Positions 37,290 through 49,251 of a stretch of 64,000 nucleotides of DNA are shown piece by piece. The stretch is from Azolla caroliniana (taxonomy: Eukaryota > Plantae > Polypodiophyta): assembly GCA_043228905.1 (NCBI GenBank), contig JBHGNT010000006.1:558001-622000 (forward strand), read 5' to 3'. Position numbers and translations under genes: made by a program. The notes beneath the pieces were generated by a model that worked only from the letters and a program-made list of their open reading frames with translations, was not told where the DNA came from and searched no databases. The number at the start of each line of letters is the position of its first letter. Positions within the stretch are counted from its first letter, which is position 1.

Positions 37290-39098
37290 ACAATGTCAAC
37301 ACATCCTATGGAACCTATGTATGAGAGATGAATCTGGTCAACTAATTGGATCAAGTAAGGGGTTTTCATGGGGATGCATTGCAGAAGGTCTAGGAAAGAG
37401 TATAGAGTGTTGGAGATGGTTAATGTCATTGCCAATACAAGATCAAGCCAACATACTCCATGGAAGCAGGGACGGATGGACTATGAGGTTTGAAATTATG
37501 AACGCTTTGTTGCTTAGGGAAGCTGCTAATGGAGAAGTGGATAGGCTACAAGGAGGAGAGCTCTTTGATCCCAAGAGGTAGGGAAACATCAAACATCATC
37601 AAAGGCCATGAATTATGAGACAATGAGACACCAACATTGAATATGGCAGTTCAAGTACTCACATATACTGGTCATAAATGGATTGTAGATCTTGATTCGA
37701 TCAAAGTACAACCAAAATGGCACATATGTACTCATGAAAACAAATGGTTACACAAGGTTAGTTGGGACCCTTTGCAATGGATGTGGGACAATCTTTATCT
37801 TGGTCAAGGAAGCAAAGCCATCCCTATCTTCCATTCATGAGTAGATTGGGCCGTCACATTCTAATTGCTCAAACCGCCTGAGAGCCGACTACTGCAAAGA
37901 TATGACACACATATCATGTTCCTCATACAATTATCACTAAATTGTTGTCATGATATTGCATGGTATGGCTCCAAAAGGATTTGAACCCATGACCTTGTGT
38001 TACATGGGTTGAACATTAACCATTAAACTATTCATTTACTATTTTACTATAGGAAATTCATGTATATTCCAGATTACTTGGGAACATTCTAGAAACTTCA
38101 GGAGTACTCCTAACAGTACTATAAATAGGGGCATATGGCATTATTTAGAACCAATTCAGTTCAACGCTAGTCTTAAGCCTCCTAGTTGTTCTTGTATCCT
38201 TCTTCATATAACATACTTCTTGTTGTCAGTTGTCATCACTCTCTCTCTCTCTCTCCCTCTCTCTCTCTCTCGTCTCCGCTCACGATTCTCACACACTCTT
38301 TCCCTTCTTAGTACTAATCCTCATTCTTCCCCTCTATCTTTAGTACTAATTCTCCTCGCTCTAGTACTATCCTTGACAATTGCGGCAAAAAATCTGGAAA
38401 CAACACCACCCTAGGCGAATTACCATGTTCTAATGATTATTAATACATAGGTCACTACAAGTTGGAGTGTGGGAACCTTAGCTCTCCTAATTGTGTAGTG
38501 TGCCCAAACGCAACATTATTAATCAATCTGACACGTTCTATGAGACTACCCAAAAACTCATTGAATATGGTGAGGGTTGGACATTTATTGCAATTATGCC
38601 AGGTGCAAGGCACAATCAAGTGGGAAAATGTATGTTGGTTATCTATCATGGCAGGCCCCATTTGACAAGTACGAACATAAGGAGGAGGGGATGACTTTGG
38701 TGATAAAAGCACAATTGGTTTTTTTTCCACCATCGACAATATTCACTCAACTCTAGTTGTGTTGGAGTTGGTTAGCCCAATAACTCTTTGGATTCTATGG
38801 AAACTGTGGTGTACACGGGTCTTCTCCAAACAAACCGTGCATCAAGTAATGTTAATGCAAGAGATATGGAATGAAGTTGTAACCACTCTAAAGAGCCAAT
38901 ATGTTGGCCTCACGGACGGATTCGATAGAGTTGAAAGACAACGATTAGCCTTCATCCAACAATGGTCATCCTCTCCCTTTCTAGAGTTAGTGGGCATCCA
39001 CATAAGATGGAACTATTGCGTCTCTACAGGGATTTGTATATAACAGTCTCATATGTAAAATTATAACTAATGGAAGGAGTTTTTTTTTGGAAAAAAAG
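37290..39098 (+). mobile_element. Decayed L1 ORF2 3' portion (zf-RVT region) interrupted by a solo LTR
   Basis: The frame ITKL|(W)QKIWKQHHPRRITMF..LLIHRSL rejoins across 37946-38378. Downstream: CVVCP...HLLQLC, LWILWKLWC and an A-rich 3' end at 39098. Confidence 0.7.
37946..38378 (+). mobile_element. Solo LTR (433 bp) carrying an antisense tRNA-like cassette
   Basis: Termini TGTCA...TGACA; flanks ATTGT (37941-37945) and ATTGC (38379-38383) form a 5-bp TSD with one transition; TATAAATA at 38120; CT-rich distal region; removing it restores the L1 reading frame. Confidence 0.8.
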
Positions 39099-41349
39099 CA
39101 ATGCCATTTTGTAATTTCCAAATGGCTTCGAAACATATTCTATCCAACACGTGCACCTTCCAACACATGCACCTTCCAACACGTGATTGTCAACAAGACA
39201 CTCAATCCATTAGAAAATTGCAATCATATATTTAGGCCCGAAGAATTCCTGTCATTGTAAGATAGGTTTCCTTCAAGGCTTCTCACCCAACGTTGAAGGG
39301 TGGTCATTATGAAAGACATGTAGCAAGTTTATTTGACTTGAGGTTTAGGGACCTTAGGTCAAAGACCATACTAGAGTGGTGATTGTTCATAGCAAAACAT
39401 AATACGACATGCTCACTATATGCTTTCATTTTCCTTGGCTACTCACTATCATGATATGTTTGTTCCCAAAGTTTCCTCATTAACCAAATATAGTGATGAC
39501 CATCAAGATTTAATATGCGAGAAATGTTAAGTTGTTGAAACCTCTATACATGGTTTATAGGTGGACTGTGGATCATTCAATTGCACATAGCTTTCTTTGA
39601 AGGGGAACTTTACACGACATCCTACTATACTCAAGGCTGTTGTCCAATGTGCCTTATTTGTACTCAATAACTACTTGTTCACATGAGAAAAGAGTTTTTC
39701 GCATGGGAGATAAAAAAGAGAGTTAATGGTATAAAAATGACATTGTGACAAAACCTTATTCACCACTTATATATTGAGGTGAGTGTCATAACTATTTATT
39801 TTATACTTAGCAATAAAATTTGGTCTAAGTGGTTGATCCATTTTCTATAATAAATAATGTTTTGTTTGAAATTACATGCGTTGAAGTCCATAATTGCCCA
39901 TAGTTCAAAGGATTAGCAAGGTTCTTTTTAAGACTATGAATGGAATTCTAGAATCCAAGAATCAATCACATAGATGTTGGCCAGAAATTATAATTGATAA
40001 GTTTTGAGCTTTTGTTCTACATATTTCACATTTTGAAGTAAATCCCCTAATAAGATATATTATTAGATAGATAATTAGCATTCAAGGAGATAGATAGATA
40101 CATATATTTATCGCATGGAGGATCAAGTAAGTGTAAAAACTTAGTTAAATGTAAGCAAAGGCAAGAGATTGTATCAAATTCTGATACTAAGACACCCGAA
40201 CTTAATTATCACAATATGTGCATAGTTGATTAGTCTTATCACCTATGCCCCAACATATTGTCTCACATTAAAGTAAGCATGAACTACGTCATATGGAAGC
40301 AATGGTTTGGATGGCAAAAAACAAGATGGGTTGTAACATGTATTTATGTGTGTGGCTTCCTTGTTTGGTGACAATTTGGTTTTGTAGTTGGGTGGAACAT
40401 ATGTTATATAATGTGTGACGCATGAGCCTCTACATTTTCCTATATCATAATTCATTGGCATTGCAGAGGAATCTAATGATGCATCATAAAGCAAGCGTGT
40501 TGCATCATATCTTTCAAACCATTATTCAATATATTGCATTCAATTGAAACAAAAAACTTAAATTTATTATGTGTTTTGGAGCTTATTCATTTGTGTCCCA
40601 TGTGATTCCACGAAATCGACATGAGGAACTTTTTTAAATCTCAAGGATAAATTAAACAACTCTTTCCATGGCCATGATCTCAATGGGTAATTCCGATGTC
40701 AACAAGTAGGAAGGCGTGTTACGTTTGTTTCTTGACTTGGAGAAATTTTGTAGGAAAATGCTTTTGGACATTTTCAAACTCTTTACACCTGGACTTAGGA
40801 ATGTCATTGATGTGTTAAAAAGGTACTTCTTGAATACCCAACATTTAATTTCTCCACCATTACATGTGTTTTCAAATGCATGATATGTTCTTGAAGTGCC
40901 AAGTAGCACATTTAGTCCAATTATAACTAGAGAGAATATGAAGCCAAGGTATTTAAAGCCTTCCTATGGTTTCAAGAGTTCATTATTGACACGCTTCATG
41001 AGCATTATCTTTGTTTTTGTACTATTGACACTCAAATTAGTATGCTAACAAAACTCTTTCAAAACTTCTATACAACTTTTTAAGTATTTGTAAAAATCAC
41101 CACATAATCTATGTATAACAAAAGCATGATGACCACATTCTCGATGACAACTTTTTCAATGACTTCTCTAATCCATAAATGCTTAAACCAAATAGAGTTG
41201 GTGAGAGTGGATGCCATTTCTTAAAATTAATAATACTATTGAAAAAATCTAAAAAATTGTCGCTTATACACACATGACACAACATATAACCTTTTGATAG
41301 ATTTAGGAAATTGTAACCAAGCCAACAACCAACAACTAGGGGGGGAGGG

Positions 41350-41352
<3 letters not shown>

Positions 41353-41410
<58 letters not shown>
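41353..41410. repeat. (GA)n microsatellite
   Basis: Directly visible. Confidence 0.95.
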
Positions 41411-41413
<3 letters not shown>

Positions 41414-42381
41414 TCCATGAGTGATTAACATAACATATGGGATGTGGTTGAGCAAATGGTAAGATTTTAACTTTCGAACTCTTGATTTTATGACTTTGAT
41501 GCTACAATGTAAATTACCAAACCACAAAAACAATATGAGCTAGAAACATACATACATTTGTAGAATCAAACCAAGTTTGTTTTCTTTCCTTCTCCCCATC
41601 CATCTTAAGTTGGAGGGAATGCACCTTTGCAATGACATCATTGATTTAATGTGTAGGATATGTGGGAGGTGATGGCATATAGTATCACCAACAATCTTGA
41701 AACACCAATCTCTTGTCAATGACTCAATAGGATTACCTAAGATATAATCTTAGATTCTCCTGATCTCAGTGATTTGACAAACTACTCCAACCATTGGAAA
41801 CAAATTTCTATTGAATGTAGAGGCATCAAATTTGCATTCTCATGTATAACTCACCAATCTTTCACTACATTGCCCCAACATCAAATTTTGATTTCTTTGA
41901 CATTTAATTCTCAACCTCACGTTAGCTTAAGATATCAAAGCACTTGTTTGCAAAGATCAATTATAATTGGTCAGTCTAATTCATCATTGATTAGTATTAT
42001 TGCTTGCTTATTGTATGCCATGTAGAAACACTAGAAAACTAGGGCATCTAGACCTTGAACTTAAAAGGCCAAGATCAATTTAATAGGGTTTTCTTCTCCA
42101 TTAACTAGTACACTTACTTGATTATTGTCTACCATGACGAAACACTAGAAAACTAGTGCATGTAGACCCTTGAAATTATAGGGGAAGCATTACTTATTTT
42201 GCACATATTGTAAAAGTTAATCTAAGCCAAAAATACCCTTGTATAATGCAGTCATAAACCATGCAACCTTCCATAAAGTACTCACACATAGAACTTTGTT
42301 TCGGAAACACCAATACGTTACGTTTACGTTTAACATTAGAGGACATCTGCCTTTAAAGAAAGATTTTTAAGTGGTGGAAAA

Positions 42382-42462
42382 CGACAGCTGCAGGATTCGA
42401 ACCTGCGAGGGCGAACCCATTTGATTTCGAGTCAAACGCCTTAACCACTCGGCCAAACTGTC
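42382..42462 (-). tRNA. trnS-CGA: tRNA-Ser(CGA), 81 nt, intronless
   Basis: GACAGTT TG GCCGAGTGGTTAAGGC G TTTGA CTCGAAA TCAAA TGGGTTCGCCCTC GCAGG TTCGAAT CCTGC AGCTGTC G. All stems pair, long variable arm, G discriminator, A and B boxes present, followed by a TTTT Pol III terminator. Confidence 0.95.
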
Positions 42463-42972
42463 TGTAACGATATAATTTATGACATTTTATATTTTATCTA
42501 TAATATTTCGCATACATGTCCACTTACCCATCCTCACTATTGGTTCGAGAATTGGGGACACAAAAATAATCTGTCGACATTGTTGCAGATTTATTGGCAA
42601 GCAGATCCAGTTACCAATTGTGATTGATTGTAGTGAAACCAAAATAAGTACAAATAAGAACTTTGTTACCAAACTTTGCAAAGGAAATACATTAGCCGGA
42701 ATGATGCTCACATGTTGAGAACAGCATTAGAAACATAAGAGTATTTTGTTGCAAACGTCATAAGTTAATTCATTATCATTATTATTAGGCAAATCAATTC
42801 ACTGATGTTGATTTGGCTATAACAACATTGGAACACAAAGAAGAAGACGAAAAAGAATTTTGTCGCAGCTTATGTTGGGCAAATCAAATCAATTTCATCA
42901 AGGTCGATTGGTTGCTCGTCTAGCACTAAAAGAGGTAAACTCAAATAGATCTTTCGTCTACTGGGATTTCAG

Positions 42973-45900
42973 TCAAGTGATTGTGTTTATTTGGATGGTT
43001 TCCATCTCCCACGCCTCTAGATCTTTAATGTGAACATGGGCATTGCCAGCATTGAATACAAAAAGATGCGCATCTTGGTCAATGGCCTTCGTTGGGTAAA
43101 CCCTGGATGTGATGCAAACCTTGCCTCCTTGAGCAAAGCTCTCCACAATTGAATGATCCACCTAACGCACGAACTTAACTTGTTAGATAAGCAGATATAC
43201 TTATGTACGCATCAGAATCATGCATATGTCTATATGAGCGTGTGTACCATACAATTCATTCATCACCAGTCATTGCACTGGTAAATTAGATCCTGAAATC
43301 AATTGATGTTATGAACATATGCATATACAAGCATACATCAAAGGAGTCAATTAGTGTATTTAGTAGGCCAGAGGCCACATAAATAAATCACATAGACAAT
43401 TCTCAAATTAATGTATTGGTTATGTGTGTGCTCCTAAGAAAGAATCAATGCATATCTACACGGTTGACATGAACAATAATGCTATGGCAACCTTATCATT
43501 GATGTAAAATTTACATACCAATACACGCAACGAAAGCACACTGTTCTCCTCTGAAATTGAAATGAAGCTCCCATAGCTTGTCTTGTCGAGGTCCGTAGCC
43601 AGGGATGATCTATAAAACAAAACATGGGCATGAAATGTGAGTAATTCAAACAAACACAAAGGAAGAGATTCATGCTGGTAATAAAGTAGACTTGGTGACA
43701 TGGTGATGCCATAACTAACTATGTATGCGGAGGAAATGTGTGTGAGTAGCGTGATCTAGTCAAAGAAGATTATATAAGCATCTATCTATCTATCTACATG
43801 ATGCTTCTTGGTAACCACCGACCACTTTTTTTCCCTGAAGTGTTGTTGTTGGGGGATTAGAGCGAGAAGAAGAGGAACCTGCTTTGATCACTGCATACAA
43901 GGGCATTCCATCGGCCACCCACTGAGACGATGTAGAAGAAAACTGCTGTTTGCTCAGTTAGATCATCCGATGCCAACACAAGGAGCCCAAACGGCCCAAC
44001 GCCACCATTCCTTGAGACGCCCCTCTCACTGCATATTACTTGGGCATTGCTGTCGTTTACATTCAACATATCATCTGCTGGGCTTAACTCAGGTACTCGA
44101 AACTTAACACTTACATCCAACTGCAAAAAATCACATACATCAAACAGGCATAATATGTAAGTATGAGAGTACATCCAATTGTTCGTATGTTGGTTGCTCC
44201 CTTCTAAGAGAAGGAGTATACGTATATGTATATGTACCACTATTCCTTCCTCTTATTTAAATGTTTCTAGCCTTAAGAAAGATAACGTAACATGCTGGCC
44301 ACTTCTCTGTATAATCAGTTTCCTGCGGGTTTTCACCTCACATTAGGGTTTCCTATTAAAATGTCTAATTACGCACAAAGAGCACCACTATTATACCTGA
44401 GCCCCTTTGATGCCCTGGACCTTAAAAGTTGAGCCCTTCTCCAACTTGAACTCTTTCAGCGAAGCTTTCTTCTTATGCAGGCTCTCAATTTCTTCTATAG
44501 GCCATTGTAGAAGCCTATGCTTTTCTTCCCCATCCAACCACACTGTCCTGGGGATTGCCTAACAAAAAAATAAAGAAAATGAAGCAAAGTAAAAAGATTT
44601 ATTTTATTTTATTTTTTCTGTGGCCAGAATAAAAAGCAAACGGAAATTATTTGTATCCATCATTCAGTCAGTCAATACTACCTGAAGCGAGGACCATCCC
44701 TTTTGAATATCGGTAGTATTAGAGCTGGATTCATTCACCCAGCCAAAGAGAATACGCCGACCTTTGTTACTATCATAGAATGTCTTCGATGCATAATACT
44801 TTCCATAGTCGTACCTCAACCCGATGCCGGCATCGAGATTGGCATTTGCGGGGACGAAGGAATCATTGGTAGAGTCAAAACTCCCCACAGCATAGTAATC
44901 ATGCTTAGTATCATCCAAGCTCACTTTAAGCACAAGCTTAGCAATGCCGGCATTGTTGATCGAGTTCATATCTAGACCCCTTCTGTCAGCGCTAGTGGGA
45001 ACAGGGTAGAAATCCGGGCATTCCCACATGCCAGTCATCGGCACACTATGTAAAGGGTGCTTAGCCTGCTCCCAATGAATAAAATCAGAGCTCTTATAGA
45101 GCAAAGCAAGGCCTCGGCGATTCCTCTTGGAACCAATGAGGATGCGCCATTTGGCATCAGGCCCCATCCAGGCGGTGGTGGGGTCGCGGAACTTGGTGCT
45201 ATTGATCCCAGGTGGTGCCTGGATAAGGGGATTCTGGGGGATTTTGACCCATTTCCGGAGCAAAGGATCAGATGGGTCGGCTGGGATTGCCATGGATTGC
45301 ATCTGCACTTGGTTATCCCTTGAAAAAGAGACATTGCTCCACCCAGTGTAGAGTAAAGCAGGGCGATCTTTCGAGAGGAGAGTGGCCGAGCCGGACCAAC
45401 ACCCATATTGGTCATACCATTGGTCAGGCACAAGGGCCAGCTCGTCCAGAATTTGCCACCGGATCATGTCTTTTGATACTGCATGACCCCATGTGATGTT
45501 CCCCCACACCGCAGCATAAGGATTCCATTGATAGAATAGGTGATAGTAGCCCTTGTAGAACAGAGGACCTGCAGCATATATTTTTATTATTTGTATATTC
45601 TTCATCACCCATATGTATTAAGACCGTAGAAGGTTCTTTTCAAGTTGTTTATCAAGTCATATTAAGATTGAAGCAGATGGTAATGGCTCCTGTAGAACAG
45701 ATGTCCTGTAAGAGATCTATCCATCCAAACATTCATTACTAGCTTCTAAGATTGGCCTTATAGGAATCCATTCACTCAACTTATGATTACAATAAATTTT
45801 TGAAGTCATCAAAAGATGAAAATTTGGATTGCCCCTTGGTTGGTTGAAACACTGAATGACCAACGAATCTATAAACTTTGTGGCCCTGTAACGTTTCATA

Positions 45901-46489
45901 TTAAGACGAAGATTTGCTATTTTTTTCTAAAGTATATTGTTTTAGATCATCCCTTAGGCCTTCAAATTCATAGCAAAAGCCTTAAATCATCACTCACAGC
46001 AACAGTATTAAGTCATTGCAGATTAAGATCGGGCAGGGTTAATAACATACATATAAATTCTTCTCAGAGATCGAGTTTTAGGTTTCCTAGGGTTTACATT
46101 TTATATTAAATGAAAAGAGACTATGACAAAAACCACTTACCATTAGGGTCTGCATATCAGAGTGGAGCACAACAGAGCATGATCGCGTTGTAGCAGAACA
46201 TGCAAAGACACAGTGGTTTTAGTGACTTATTAAAGAAAGGGAATCCCCATAAAAGATTAAACAAAACAAAGTGGATTCAATAACAAGGGAAAAGGAAATC
46301 CTGTTATCTCGTACCATTCATCCAGTTCTTAGCAGGCTGGAAGTGGAAAGCAGTGCGATAAGGCTGAACTTCTGAGGAATAAGAAGAAGGAACATAATAA
46401 GAAGAGTAAAAATGGTGAGAAGCAGAGCAGCTTTGAAGTAGAAGGAACAGAGGAAACAGAATTGGTCTTAATAGAAGAAGAAGCGCCAT
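42973..46489 (-). CDS. CWINV: Acid beta-fructofuranosidase (GH32), cell-wall-invertase type, 584 aa
   Basis: Exons (minus) 46489-46315, 46149-46141 (9-nt mini-exon), 45568-44682, 44558-44397, 44120-43879, 43609-43519 and 43161-42973 join in frame with GT-AG introns. Signal peptide [23 protein letters not shown]; catalytic motifs WMNDPNG, WSGSAT, FRDP, WECPDF; [10 protein letters not shown] retains the Asp/Lys pair typical of true invertases. Confidence 0.96.
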
Positions 46490-46574
46490 TTCATCAAAAT
46501 ATTTGGTGTTCAGAAAATCTTGCCCGGTCGATCAGAAGAGCACAATGAATGGTGCGTACAGAGATATATGTATC

Positions 46575-46850
46575 AGTATGTATGTATGTAAAAGGGATAG
46601 TATGTATGTATGTATATATGTATGTAAAACGAACGTGAGTGGTGTGGAAAGCAGCACAATGCGTTTCCGAGGGCGAAAGCAGTTCCTTCCTTCCTTCCTT
46701 CCTTCCTTCCTTCCTTCCTTCTTCTGTTGCCCTCCCTCACTTTCGCGTTCGCTTTCTCAATCCACATATGTATATCATCTATATATGTATATATATAAAA
46801 TAGGGTCTGGAAAAAGCAGAAGCTGCCTGCATATGGGCGGCAAAAAAAAG

Positions 46851-46881
<31 letters not shown>

Positions 46882-47240
46882 GCCTTTTCTTTTCTTTGTG
46901 TGTGTGTAGTAGTAGTGTGTGAGCTCTCTCTGTCTCTCTTTCTGTGTGTGCGTGTCTCTCTCTTCCTTTTCTCTTTTTTGGTCTTTTATTTGTTTTTCCA
47001 AAAAAAAGTGTTTTGGTCTTTTAGATTTCTTTCCCTCCAATTCTGTCTATCTCTATCTCTATTATGTATGTATGTAGTATGTACATGCATATACATATAG
47101 TGTACATACATACGTGCATACATATTGATATGATATACATACATACCTACATACATACATACATACATACATACATACATACATACATACATCATGCCTA
47201 CATGCATATATGTACCTACTACATACGTATACATACATAT
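46575..47240. repeat. Microsatellite cluster ((TATG)n, (TTCC)n, (TC)n, (TACA)n) upstream of the invertase
   Basis: Directly visible. It accounts for the low-complexity ORFs called in this interval. Confidence 0.9.
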
Positions 47241-49251
47241 TATAGATGACACGCGTGCACGCCCATTAAATTTTGACACGGAGTCCCAAGTCAGTCCCTG
47301 TCCCCTCTTCTCTTTTCCTTTGTTCTTTGCGACTTCTTTGCGTTTGAAATACATACATACATACCCTTGGAAGGAAAATACATACATACATACATACACA
47401 CCCTTGGAAAGAAGAACGGGAAAAATACCAAATCCAAACCAACTCTCTAACCTTCTTCTACTCATTGTCACCCCCCCAATTGTTCCCTCCGTTTTGGATA
47501 TCTTCTCGAAATGGCCCTTGTCAACCCACGAAAAAAAGCATGGTAGTATAAGCATATATGTGCAAAAAGTAAAGGAGGCCAAGGCCATGCTATCCACTTA
47601 TAACAAAGGAGAGTAAAGTTATCTTCTCTTACTAGGTGCACACACACACACACGTAATCATTCAAGATGGAATGTGGATATCCAATTCACAAGACCTTAT
47701 GGAGAACATATGCTTAACACAACCATATGTAGAGAAGATATGTCAATATACATATGTAGAGAAGATATGTGGCATGGCAATTCCATGCTCACATAAACCC
47801 CACAACAAGGAAACGTCAAAACGTGCACAATGCCACTTTGTAATCCTTGCACAATCCAACACAAAACAAGCATTCAACGTTGAATATGAACAAATACCAT
47901 GTAGTTAAGAAAGATATGAAAAATCTATTGGATTGTTGGCCATTAAAAGTCAAGCATTTTCATACTTTGGAAGCTAGTAAAGGTGTCTTGAATACTAAAA
48001 GATTCAAGAGATATTGTGAATCACAAGTTCACTTTGCGAACATAGCTCCTTACATGGTATAACCAATGACGTTTTTTATATGAACAAAATCTCATTACTT
48101 CACATATGAGCAAGCCCATCTATATGGATTTTCAAACATTAATATTTTATTCTTATTTAGCACCATTGAATGTCTAGATCTTTATCCCTTTTAACTCAAG
48201 TGTGGAGAGCTTCAATTTCCTTGAAGAGACATGTACATCACCTTTTAGATGTTGTAAATCTCCTAGATTTCTAATTTGTATTGGAATTGCAATGACCATG
48301 GAGTTAATAGATTGGAATTTGACCTCATTGTTTGTAAACATTAATCACATGATTGGATACAACCTTGATGTAGTCATATTTTAGGGTTTCATGATTATAG
48401 ACAAGTTTGCATATGATAATTTTGTCATTTTTTTCTCATCTCCACCATGGTATGAGAAGTACAACTCATGTGAGATTCACAACCATGTCCAAGGTATGTG
48501 TATGGATTCTTTCTTTGTAATTTCGCATTCATGGGTCATAAGTCACAGATAATTGTTCGGGTGGCTTGGTCTAATTTCTTCTCTCTCGTCAAAAAACTTA
48601 AATTGTTGTCAAATTCTTGGATCTTAGCATATTCAATCTTAAGAGGTAGGATGGCAAACAACCCTAGGGAAACAATTGGCCAACCCTAAAGTTATATTCA
48701 TGCTCATTTGGCTAATGCAAGAAAACTATTTTATTGATTTTAAAATAGATTCCATTGAAATTTAGTTATTGTAATTTATTTTTGGTTTTTTGTCAAGTTT
48801 TGAATACCATTGACATTTTTATTCATCGATCTACTTTCAAAACATAGCATATTCATGTGGTTAAATTAGTTTTCCAAATTAAATGTGGCACAAATTATGT
48901 ATATATAAGGAAGTAGATATTAATGGACTAGTTTTTTAGGGAGGGACTCATCAAGTGTAACTTTAGTCTCAACAAAAGTTTGATCCTCCATATATAGTAT
49001 ATACAATGATTGATAAACAAATTATGTTCTCCATAAGTTAGGGTGGAAGTTGGAACAATGGATGATGAGACTCATTGAGGATCACATTTGCAGTCACTAT
49101 TGTATTGATGAAAAGTCTAAATGTTCACATTGGCCTAAAGCACAAAGACATTGATAAGGAGGAAGATGAATCATGGATGATGGATGCAAGAGAAGAAGTT
49201 AATGAGCGATCAAGTGAGTGTGTGTGTGTACTAGAGAGAGAGAGAGAGAGA

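Noticed and set aside
44703-45496. Plus-strand and alternate-frame ORFs over invertase exon 3 (likewise over the ZF-HD and VAMP exons)
   Set aside because: Shadow ORFs of GC-richer coding exons with no independent protein features.
46503-47616. Long ORFs of 139-203 aa upstream of the invertase
   Set aside because: They are translations of TATG/TACA/TC microsatellites that lack stop codons by composition.
47900-48720. Possible decayed reverse-transcriptase remnant on the minus strand
   Set aside because: The motif echoes are ambiguous between L1 and Gypsy and cannot be supported without a profile search.
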